Origin: an uncultured archaeon | Lineage (GTDB): Archaea > Asgardarchaeota > Lokiarchaeia > Sigyniarchaeales > SOKP01 | Length of the DNA: 35,745 nt | Direction: 5' to 3' | Assembly (NCBI GenBank): GCA_964493715.1 | Contig: CAZBPC010000025.1 | Location: 1 to 35,745 of the forward strand | Shown here: in pieces, positions 28,576 through 35,745 of the stretch | How the letters are laid out: every line of letters starts with the position of its first letter | Numbering within the stretch: position 1 is the stretch's first letter | Position numbers and translations under genes: made by a program | Notes under the pieces: model-generated | What the model was told of the DNA's origin: nothing | Seen by the model: the letters and a program-made list of their open reading frames with translations, nothing else | The model's database searches: none

Positions 28576-29364
28576 TTGGAGAAATTTAGCGTATTTATGC
28601 TTTCTTTGGCTGGTTTTTTTACATTTTTTGTAATTATATCAATTTTCTATCTTTTTTCAGCATTAAGTTATGGGCCTTTAATCTTAGAATTTTTATTTAG
28701 TCAACAAGTATTACTCGCCTTATGGGTCAGTATTAGCTCTTCAACCGTTGTAATGATAATTTCTCTGATACTTGGTGTCCCTACCGCATGGATGTTAGCA
28801 AATAAGGATTTTAAAAACAAGAACATATTAGAAACGTTAATCGTGGATGTTCCCCATTCTTTTCCTCCTGGTGTAGTAGGAACAACTTATCTTTTAATGT
28901 TCCAACCAACAAGCCCTATTGGGGTCCTGCTAGATAGCCTAGGATTACATATTATCAATACCTTTTGGGCAATGATTTTAGTAAAAACATTTATTTCTGC
29001 CCCTTTTTTAGTAGGTATTTTGACAGTAAAATTCCGCGATCTCAGAAAATCAGAGCTTGAAGTAATTGCAAAATCTTTAGGTGCGTCTGATTTTAAAACA
29101 TTTTATACAATAACTTTACCTTTATCAAGAAAAGCAATGGTATCAGGAAGTGCGAGGTGTTGGGCTAGAGCTTTAGGAGAAGTTGCTGGTACAATTGTAT
29201 TTGCCGGGGCAATTATTTCAGGTGTAACGCAAACTATGCCCGCAATAATTGTTTTTGAAGCGCAAACTTCATTACCAGCAGCATTAACCTTGGCGTTAAT
29301 TCTTGCAACTATTTCAATTATCATATTGGTTGCATTTAAACTACTATTAGAGAGGAAAGAATAA
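28576..29364 (+). CDS. Molybdate/tungstate-type ABC transporter permease (ModB/WtpB-like)
   Basis: DVPHSFPPGVVG, EAA-like loop LEVIAKSLGAS, WARALGE, TQTMP. Confidence 0.85.
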   Translation: MEKFSVFMLSLAGFFTFFVIISIFYLFSALSYGPLILEFLFSQQVLLALWVSISSSTVVMIISLILGVPTAWMLANKDFKNKNILETLIVDVPHSFPPGVVGTTYLLMFQPTSPIGVLLDSLGLHIINTFWAMILVKTFISAPFLVGILTVKFRDLRKSELEVIAKSLGASDFKTFYTITLPLSRKAMVSGSARCWARALGEVAGTIVFAGAIISGVTQTMPAIIVFEAQTSLPAALTLALILATISIIILVAFKLLLERKE

Positions 29365-29367
29365 CCT

Positions 29368-30099
29368 ATGGTCGCTGTAAAATTACAAGGGATCTTTAAG
29401 AATTTTGGCGATAATAAGATATTGGAAAACATTAATTGGGATATCGAAGAAGGAGAATTAATGGTATTAGTAGGTCCGAGTGGATGTGGAAAAACAACCT
29501 TGCTAAAAATAATCCTTGGTTCTATAAATCCTAATAGTGGTTATATTTATTTTAACCAAAAATTAATGAATAATGTTCCAATCTCGCAAAGAAATATTGG
29601 ATTTGTCCCTCAAAATTTTGGTCTTTTTCCCCATTTAAATGTAAACGACAATATAAGCTATGGATTGAGAATGCATAAGTTTTCAAAGAGTAAAATTAAC
29701 GCTCAAGTCTCTATGTTTATAAAAATGTTAAAATTCGAGAATTTAGAGTTAAGAATCCCCACCCAACTTAGTTGGGGACAGCAACAAAGAGTAGCTTTAG
29801 CAAGGGCATTAGCAATAGAGCCTCAACTCTTGCTTTTAGACGAACCCCTAAGCTCTGTTGATTGGGCTGCTCGTAGAGAAATTACAGAGGAAATACATAG
29901 AATGCAAAAAGATCTTAAAATCACCACAATTTACGTTACCCATGATATCAATGAAGCCATTGATATAGGTGATAGAATAACGATTATGAGCTGTGGTAAA
30001 ATTGAACAATGCGATAGTCCAAAAGAATTAATAGAAAACCCAAAAAGCAATTTTGTCTCAGATTACCTCAGATACATTAATAATCTTAAAAAAATATAG
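29368..30099 (+). CDS. ABC transporter ATP-binding subunit (ModC/WtpC/CysA-like)
   Basis: Walker A GPSGCGKT, signature variant LSWGQQQR, Walker B LLLLDEP, H-loop YVTHD. Confidence 0.93.
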   Translation: MVAVKLQGIFKNFGDNKILENINWDIEEGELMVLVGPSGCGKTTLLKIILGSINPNSGYIYFNQKLMNNVPISQRNIGFVPQNFGLFPHLNVNDNISYGLRMHKFSKSKINAQVSMFIKMLKFENLELRIPTQLSWGQQQRVALARALAIEPQLLLLDEPLSSVDWAARREITEEIHRMQKDLKITTIYVTHDINEAIDIGDRITIMSCGKIEQCDSPKELIENPKSNFVSDYLRYINNLKKI

Positions 30100-30153
30100 A
30101 ATATAATGCAATTTTTTCCGGTTTAGAACTTAAAATTTGACCTTTGAAAAAAA

Positions 30154-30354
30154 TTAACGCAGTTCTTGTATTAAAATGTTTTTAATATAAGATTCTGTTT
30201 CAACACTGTGACTCACATAATTCTTCTTTAAAGGTTTGATAAATTCAGAATATGGTATGATAACACTCGATACGTCGAATTCTAAGTCTGAGATAACTTC
30301 TTGAGATTTCTCAATTAGGTCTTCATAGGTTATGACAATATTTTTTGTACTCAT
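30154..30354 (-). CDS. Small hypothetical protein (66 aa)
   Basis: ATG-initiated, third gene of a same-strand run that begins with the RHH gene. Confidence 0.55.
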   Translation of the reverse strand: MSTKNIVITYEDLIEKSQEVISDLEFDVSSVIIPYSEFIKPLKKNYVSHSVETESYIKNILIQELR

Positions 30355-30397
30355 GGTCGTAAATTCTCAAAATTTTTATTCCTATTTTGTAGATTCT

Positions 30398-30574
30398 TCA
30401 GATTAAAGAATTTATGTCTTGTAAATAACTACGAATACATTTTTCAAATTCTAATTTCATCAAAGTTTTAAATATGGGATGCTGATTATTGAAACTAGTT
30501 TTCTTGACTGTAGAATAAGAATCATAAAGTTGATTTCGAGCAATTTCTTTTAATTTATTGTTTAATGAATCCAT
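30398..30574 (-). CDS. Small hypothetical protein (58 aa), absent from the ORF track
   Basis: ATG 30574, 5 nt after the stop of the RHH gene: MDSLNNKLKEIARNQLYDSYSTVKKTSFNNQHPIFKTLMKLEFEKCIRSYLQDINSLI*; fills the gap between its neighbours. Confidence 0.6.
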   Translation of the reverse strand: MDSLNNKLKEIARNQLYDSYSTVKKTSFNNQHPIFKTLMKLEFEKCIRSYLQDINSLI

Positions 30575-30579
30575 TTCTT

Positions 30580-31023
30580 CTATTCTTTGTATATTCTATC
30601 ACCCTTGTATTTTAGATTCAATCCTAATTTTGTAATTTTTTCAGCTTGCGTAAAAATTAAATGTTTTACTGCCTTGACGTTGATTTTCAGATGCTCGGCT
30701 AGATCAATTAGACTAATATCATCAACCAACTGGAAGATTAAAGGAAATTTATTAATTATCTCGTCAACTGAACCAATCATTGATGCTAAAGCAATTTCTT
30801 GGGTGATCATTTCAGTATCCACTCCATACCTGAGTTTCAATTTTTCTGAATTAATTTCAATCCAATTGTGAATAACTCTTCTAGTTGTTTCTGACAAACT
30901 AAGATTTCTATTTGTTGACATATTGCATATGACTTTATAATCATATTCATCCAAACTAACAGTAATACGATCCATTTTTGGTTGCTTTTTTTCATTTTCT
31001 TCACTGCTGCTAGCTGGAGTCAT
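30580..31023 (-). CDS. Ribbon-helix-helix (CopG/Arc-like) DNA-binding protein with C-terminal HTH-like segment
   Basis: RITVSLDEYDYKVICNMSTNRNLSLSETTRRVIHNWI fits strand-helix-helix with S-x-S-E; C-terminal ISLIDLAEHLKINVKAVKHLI is HTH-like. Confidence 0.7.
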   Translation of the reverse strand: MTPASSSEENEKKQPKMDRITVSLDEYDYKVICNMSTNRNLSLSETTRRVIHNWIEINSEKLKLRYGVDTEMITQEIALASMIGSVDEIINKFPLIFQLVDDISLIDLAEHLKINVKAVKHLIFTQAEKITKLGLNLKYKGDRIYKE

Positions 31024-31062
31024 TTTTTTGGACCGACAAAAAATTTGAAGTTACCCAGCAAA

Positions 31063-31131
31063 TGATCACAAGAGTATTTAAATTTTTGCATAATTGATCA
31101 CGCAGTGATCACGGAGTGCAACATTTAAATA
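31063..31131. promoter_or_regulatory. Symmetric bidirectional promoter with central inverted-repeat operator
   Basis: TGATCAC-GCA-GTGATCA at 31095-31111, flanked at 12 bp on each side by outward-facing TTTAAATA boxes (31075-31082 minus, 31124-31131 plus); third TGATCAC at 31063-31069. Confidence 0.7.
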
Positions 31132-31213
31132 ATAGTTATGTTATTTGTATATTATCAAAATATCATGTAGATATTTTAATTTAAATTGTAGAACTATAGG
31201 TCGTGCGTGTCAA

Positions 31214-31855
31214 ATGTTGGAATTGATTGTCCCTAATTATGAAGAAATTAATACAAAAACAAGAATCACCATTGATTTAATAAAAGATGGTAAGGAATTT
31301 TTAGAAAATTTTGATATAAATCCTGATCTACTAATGGATACTGTAAATGTGGTCTATCGCTACTTAAAATTACAAGATAAAATTCCTCATAATCTATATA
31401 AATTTTATATTGGAGCATATTATATCATTTCAAGGCATCCTTTTGCTTTCCCAGCTCATCAAACAAAAGAAGATTTTTGTAAACAGTTTAACATGAAGGT
31501 TAGCTCATTAGAATACTGTATCGATTTCTTAATAAATTCGCTGAATTATATCAAAATATTAGATGATATGAATTTCCCTTATTTTATCGATCCGAAATCA
31601 GACTTAAGTCTAAAGGTAATTAAAAATATTGTCAAAAATAAAGTAGATAATGCAATGATGAACTTCCTTCTCAATAATCAGTCAATTAACTCACAAATTC
31701 TTACAGAGGAATTAGTAGGTGACATTATCTTTGAACATAAGGCTTTTCCGGAAGAATTATTTAGACAGTTATATGAAATCGTTTTCGAACAAGTTGAAAA
31801 ACACATGCAAGATTATACTGAATATACAAAATTGCAACAAAAATATTTTTTCTAA
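31214..31855 (+). CDS. Hypothetical all-alpha protein with a cyclin/TFIIB-repeat-like segment
   Basis: IGAYYIISRH...QTKEDFCKQFNMKVSSLEYCIDFLINSL resembles the TFIIB repeat pattern AxxYxxxR...TxxEIxxxxxVxxxxIxxxxxxLxxxL. ATG 31214 is preferred to TTG 31145. Confidence 0.55.
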   Translation: MLELIVPNYEEINTKTRITIDLIKDGKEFLENFDINPDLLMDTVNVVYRYLKLQDKIPHNLYKFYIGAYYIISRHPFAFPAHQTKEDFCKQFNMKVSSLEYCIDFLINSLNYIKILDDMNFPYFIDPKSDLSLKVIKNIVKNKVDNAMMNFLLNNQSINSQILTEELVGDIIFEHKAFPEELFRQLYEIVFEQVEKHMQDYTEYTKLQQKYFF

Positions 31856-31874
31856 ATAATTTCTTAGTACCTTT

Positions 31875-32834
31875 TTATTTGAAGTTAGAAAAAAATTGAA
31901 AATAATCAAGAAAATTATCCTTAGATTCAATCTTATTTAATGGAATTCTCGCATCAAAACATAATATCCTACTTCCATAATAGTTCTGCCATTCCGTTAA
32001 AGCAAGAACAATGTTTAAGAATTGTTTCTGGAAATTTAAAGGTGTTGAAAATTCATAAAAGTGGAGATATGGATTAAACTTGGATATTTTTCTTCTCGAA
32101 AGCCATCTTCGTTTAGCTATTTTGGAATGTACGATCCTGCCACATTTATCATTTTTTGGACTCAACCTATTAGAGGTTAATCGAATACCCACTAAGTTGG
32201 AACCATCTTTCTTAGGTTTGCCAATTTTAAAGTGAAAATTAAATAAGATATAGAAATCGTCTTTTAATTGAATAATGAACTTATCATAAAATAATGCCCA
32301 AAATATTGGTATAATAAGGCTTAAAGTTAGATATACCGAAAATGTAAATATAAAAAAGCCACTTCCAAGAGTATCTTCGAATTTAATCCATCCCAGATCG
32401 ATGTATATGAGGATGCTAATTGAAATACTATTAAGCAGCAAAAAGATTTGTCCACTATTGAATTCTTTTTTAAAGTCAAATCCTAGGTTTTTGGATTCAT
32501 ATTTAATAAAACTAATTAATGAGGGAGTGTATTTAAGATAGGTAATTTTTAAGAAATAAACGAATAAGAAAGTAGTCGTGCTAAATAAAATCCACTCAAT
32601 AGTTAAATTAGAGAAATATGAATGATTTATTAATCTTATAAACGTGTTTTCAAATAATTCTGGTCTTATCGTAATAAGGGAATATATAATGTAGATTGCT
32701 AATAATATGAGTATATAAAGAACAGTTTTTACAGTTTTCCTGAAGAATTCTTTCTGGATGACCTCAATCGATTTGAATGAATTTTCTTCATTTTCAAAAT
32801 TTAAGCCCGGGAAAGCTTTCTTTTGTTTCTTCAT
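31875..32834 (-). CDS. 4-TM membrane protein with basic C-terminal soluble domain, hypothetical
   Basis: Four hydrophobic segments; ATG 32834 overlaps the upstream TGA (ATGA), suggesting coupling (track start 32849). Confidence 0.65.
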   Translation of the reverse strand: MKKQKKAFPGLNFENEENSFKSIEVIQKEFFRKTVKTVLYILILLAIYIIYSLITIRPELFENTFIRLINHSYFSNLTIEWILFSTTTFLFVYFLKITYLKYTPSLISFIKYESKNLGFDFKKEFNSGQIFLLLNSISISILIYIDLGWIKFEDTLGSGFFIFTFSVYLTLSLIIPIFWALFYDKFIIQLKDDFYILFNFHFKIGKPKKDGSNLVGIRLTSNRLSPKNDKCGRIVHSKIAKRRWLSRRKISKFNPYLHFYEFSTPLNFQKQFLNIVLALTEWQNYYGSRILCFDARIPLNKIESKDNFLDYFQFFSNFK

Positions 32835-33295
32835 TTCTGATCCCTCCATTTATTTACTCTTGCTTCTTCTTCCTCTGGACTAATCCAGAACTTTTGTATG
32901 ATCTCTCGAAATAATGTAAAATCGGGATTATCTTTTTCATTAAGCTTAATCACATGGAATTTTGATGTTTTTTTCTCGATATTGATGTAGTTGTTTTCTT
33001 CTAAATAATCGAAAGCGTGCAATAATTTTTCTAACCGATCAATATTCAAGCTTCTTTTTATGTCAGTTTTGTTAATGACTGTTTCAGATTTTTCTAGTTT
33101 TGCTAGACTCATTAGTACTTGTCCACCTCTGATTGAAGCAATATTTGTGAGTTTGTCAAAGATTCTCGAGATACTTTTTATGATTTCGATGAATTCGTTG
33201 TAAAATTTTACTTTTTCCTGGCCCTTTAATTCTAATATTTTGGTAAAGTTATCAATGTCGTATTTTTGTATAAATTCTTCAAATGATATACTCAT
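32831..33295 (-). CDS. Winged-helix (MarR-like) DNA-binding protein
   Basis: QVLMSL...INKTDIKRSLNIDRLEKLLHAFDYLEENNYINIEK...HVIKL fits helix-HTH-LExxxxI-wing. Confidence 0.6.
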   Translation of the reverse strand: MSISFEEFIQKYDIDNFTKILELKGQEKVKFYNEFIEIIKSISRIFDKLTNIASIRGGQVLMSLAKLEKSETVINKTDIKRSLNIDRLEKLLHAFDYLEENNYINIEKKTSKFHVIKLNEKDNPDFTLFREIIQKFWISPEEEEARVNKWRDQK

Positions 33296-33422
33296 AGTAA
33301 ATTACAATACTTGAGCATTTATAAAAAAATACAACAGATGATAAGAAAAAAAATTGCTTAATATACATTTTTACATTTAGTCTCATTTTAAATACAAAAT
33401 TAGTGTATTAGAGTCACAGAAA

Positions 33423-33467
33423 TCCCCATAGAATGGGAAATTCACTATGTCCCATTACTCTCCCACG
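33423..33467. promoter_or_regulatory. Candidate operator with repeated CCCA half-sites between divergent winged-helix genes
   Basis: AATGGGA-N11-TCCCATT (33432-33456), overlapping CCCAT-AGA-ATGGG (33425-33437), and TCCCAC at 33461. Confidence 0.45.
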
Positions 33468-33586
33468 AATACATAAACTTCGTCTTCGTAACTTAAATAT
33501 TAGTAATCAAAAACAAAAAATTGTAAAGTCAATTTTTAAAGGACCTTATTGATATAATTTTCAGTATAAAATTTTCAGTAAAAAAC

Positions 33587-33811
33587 ATGGTGAATTTTAC
33601 GCAAAAATTAATGAGAACTTATGAAGAAATCTGTTTAGAAAAGTTAAAAGAAATAGGACTAGCAAGTGCAAAGGAATGGGCTTTTGCCATGGGTTATAAT
33701 AATCCTAATGCTCTTGCAAAGGTTATTAGGCGTATAATTAAGACAACTCCAGAAAAACTCATCGTATTATATGAAAGAAAACCAAGACAATATAGATGTA
33801 AAGATTGTTAA
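33587..33811 (+). CDS. Small basic winged-helix-like protein (74 aa)
   Basis: LEKLKEIGLASAKEWAFAMGYNNPNALAKVIRRI followed by a beta-hairpin ending KPRQY. Confidence 0.6.
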   Translation: MVNFTQKLMRTYEEICLEKLKEIGLASAKEWAFAMGYNNPNALAKVIRRIIKTTPEKLIVLYERKPRQYRCKDC

Positions 33812-33816
33812 AGCTT

Positions 33817-34680
33817 TTACTCATCGAATGAATCAGTATTACTTAGGATTAAGTTAATTTTAGAGAAAAATCCCATGATAAGGCTTAATTCTTTTTTTGA
33901 AATTAAGCTTCTTTCAAGCACGTTCTTGAAAGATAATAATAAATTTTCTTTTTTGTGAGTTCTAATCTTGAGGCATGATATAATGCGTGAAATTATGTCA
34001 TATAATATTTTTCGATCCTTATTATTTGCCAGCAATATGGGTTTTATACCTCGACCAATACTAATACTGTGAGTTTGCTTGAAGATTTCGTAGCAAATAA
34101 TTCCACAAGCTTGAGAAATGTTCAGCGTAGGATAAGCATTTCCCGTAGGAATACGTATTACGATGTCTGTAAGTTTAATCTCATCATTTGTTAAACCTCG
34201 AGATTCTTTTCCAAAGATAATTGCGATATTTAATGGTTTTACTGAAACCGGTAGGTTCAGTTCATGAGGAAATATAGGTACACGTTTAATGTTTTGATAA
34301 TTGCTTCCTTTTGCCGTGGTTCCAAAAATTAAATCGAATTTTTGCAAGAAATCTGAGAGTGCTTGAATGTGATTTTCTTGGCTGATATTAGTGATAATAG
34401 TAGAATTGTAAAGCACATCTTTACCGTGCATTGCGTATCCTTCAGTTGTTCGGCATAAGATGTTTTCTTCTTTTTCGATTGGATTAAAAATAACTAATTG
34501 TTTTAAATCAAAATTTTTCATTATGCGAGCAACTGAGCCAATATTACTTGCATGCTCGGGTTGAGTTAAGAGGATAGTGAATTTTAAATTTCTGAATCTT
34601 GGAGTAATATGAGTTTCTTGGAATTGATTTAATTCCTCTTGGATATTTTTCTTATTCATTCTAAATCTTTCTCCTTCCAT
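33817..34680 (-). CDS. trmJ: SPOUT RNA methyltransferase, TrmJ/LasT family (tRNA C32/U32 2'-O-methyltransferase-like)
   Basis: NIGSVARIMKNF, IFGTTA, FGKESRGLTNDEI, IPT..YPTLNISQA; start may be the second Met (MNKKN). Confidence 0.85.
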   Translation of the reverse strand: MEGERFRMNKKNIQEELNQFQETHITPRFRNLKFTILLTQPEHASNIGSVARIMKNFDLKQLVIFNPIEKEENILCRTTEGYAMHGKDVLYNSTIITNISQENHIQALSDFLQKFDLIFGTTAKGSNYQNIKRVPIFPHELNLPVSVKPLNIAIIFGKESRGLTNDEIKLTDIVIRIPTGNAYPTLNISQACGIICYEIFKQTHSISIGRGIKPILLANNKDRKILYDIISRIISCLKIRTHKKENLLLSFKNVLERSLISKKELSLIMGFFSKINLILSNTDSFDE

Positions 34681-34802
34681 TTAAATTGCTTTTTCTTTAA
34701 AAGGTTCAATCTTTTTTCTTTATTTGTTATAGATTTACATCTAAAATGTAATAAATCAATACTATTGAAAATTTAAATATTTATTTCACAAATATACTTA
34801 TT

Positions 34803-35745
34803 ATGAATCTAAAAAATATATTAGAAAAAGCTAACGGAAATAAAAAGAAGATAGTTAAAACCATAATAATAATCATATTTGTTATTGTTATAAGTCCAAT
34901 CGCGTATTTAGGATCGTGGATTATATATAATGATTTAAGACCTGCTCCGAATTATACATATGATCCTATTCTACAATTGACGCATTGGACTGTCGTAGAC
35001 ACTGGTGATATTATAGGAAAGACTCATAATTCAAATACGGATATGATTTTTTATGACAATTATTATTATCTGGTTTTTCAGCAAAGTAAATGGCATATTG
35101 AGGATACAGATGGATCCTTGGTTGTGATTAGATCCCCAGATGCTTCTAAGGGTAGCTGGGAACAGATCCATAGGATTACTCTCCCTAATACTGATGTAAG
35201 AGATCCTAAGTTTGCTAATATTAGTAATAGACTATTTATTTATTTCCTTCCGAACTATAACTTTGATCCTGCACCTAACACTACATATTATCTGTATAGT
35301 GATGATGGTATCAATTTTACTCCGCCTCAAGAACTTGCAGTCAATGTAACTTATTCATATGATACGGGTATTAAAGAAAATGTCATTACTGCTGGATGGA
35401 ATCTTTGGAGACCTAAAACTCCTGATAATTTAAACTGGTATGTACTAGCGAGTGGAAGAAAATATAAAGAGGATCCTGGTAGTGTAGGGGATGCTGATGT
35501 AACTGGTACAATCACAATATTACTTAAAACTCAAGATGGGCTCAATTGGACCGAAGTATCAGAAGTTTACACAACTCATGGAAATGGAGAAGCTTGTTTG
35601 GAATTTTTACCAAGCGGGGAAATCATTACTACTCATCGAGTAGGTTCAATGGGTCTTCCAGGTTATGCCTTTGGTAATCCTCAAGGTGGAACAATAATCG
35701 GAACATCATATAATAACCTCCTAAATTATTCTTTTGCGCCTGAAT
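34803..35745 (+). CDS. N-terminally anchored beta-propeller protein with Asp-box (BNR) repeats, sialidase/glycosidase-like; 3'-truncated, absent from the ORF track
   Basis: Open from ATG 34803 to the window end: MNLKNILEK..TM..HNSNTDMIFY..DVRDPKF..YSDDGINFT..WNLWRPK..KTQDGLNWT. Confidence 0.75.
   Translation, partial: MNLKNILEKANGNKKKIVKTIIIIIFVIVISPIAYLGSWIIYNDLRPAPNYTYDPILQLTHWTVVDTGDIIGKTHNSNTDMIFYDNYYYLVFQQSKWHIEDTDGSLVVIRSPDASKGSWEQIHRITLPNTDVRDPKFANISNRLFIYFLPNYNFDPAPNTTYYLYSDDGINFTPPQELAVNVTYSYDTGIKENVITAGWNLWRPKTPDNLNWYVLASGRKYKEDPGSVGDADVTGTITILLKTQDGLNWTEVSEVYTTHGNGEACLEFLPSGEIITTHRVGSMGLPGYAFGNPQGGTIIGTSYNNLLNYSFAPE

Noticed and set aside
2989-30871. Short track ORFs antisense to or nested in longer genes (2989-3180, 4496-4684, 4681-4884, 5112-5315, 9889-10110, 10501-10749, 10737-11027, 10859-11062, 12930-13136, 16166-16429, 17536-17805, 17585-17836, 19617-19823, 19681-19968, 22755-22976, 25404-25589, 29103-29432, 30587-30871)
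   Set aside because: They overlap well-supported genes, lack motifs and have shadow-frame composition.
30154-33811. Regulatory cluster as an integrated plasmid or provirus
   Set aside because: No integrase, Rep, capsid or packaging gene, no tRNA or att-like flanking repeats, and no evident compositional shift.

Overview
AT-rich (roughly 30% GC by eye), gene-dense archaeal chromosome segment, almost certainly from an Asgard archaeon of the Lokiarchaeia type. The assignment rests on an IPGY-type C-terminal sorting signal and three eukaryotic-signature genes: a Rag/Arf-like small GTPase, a ubiquitin-fold protein and a gelsolin-domain protein. About 35 protein-coding genes are present, mostly housekeeping, metabolic or surface functions (gpmA, TrmJ-like methyltransferase, PhzF, NUDIX, EamA, GPH-type MFS symporter, oxyanion ABC permease/ATPase, acyl-CoA dehydrogenase, beta-helix surface proteins). 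I saw no rRNA, tRNA, CRISPR array, transposase or integrase. Three loci stand out. (1) 18.3-20.8 kb: two overlapping genes together encode three [2 TM + left-handed beta-helix] units, which is the membrane module architecture of Pls-type polyamide synthetases but without an adenylation/thiolation part; they lie divergent from an acyl-CoA dehydrogenase fused to a winged helix. (2) 5.1-6.8 kb: a multidomain small GTPase followed by a ubiquitin-like protein ending in a single Gly plus a 2-residue tail (STAG-IF). (3) 30.1-33.8 kb: an uncharacterised regulatory cluster (RHH protein, cyclin/TFIIB-fold-like protein, two winged-helix proteins, micro-ORFs) with an exactly symmetric bidirectional promoter/operator. 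There is also evidence for ATA start codons and for two ORFs missing from the supplied track. All family calls come from motif reading by eye; no database search was run.
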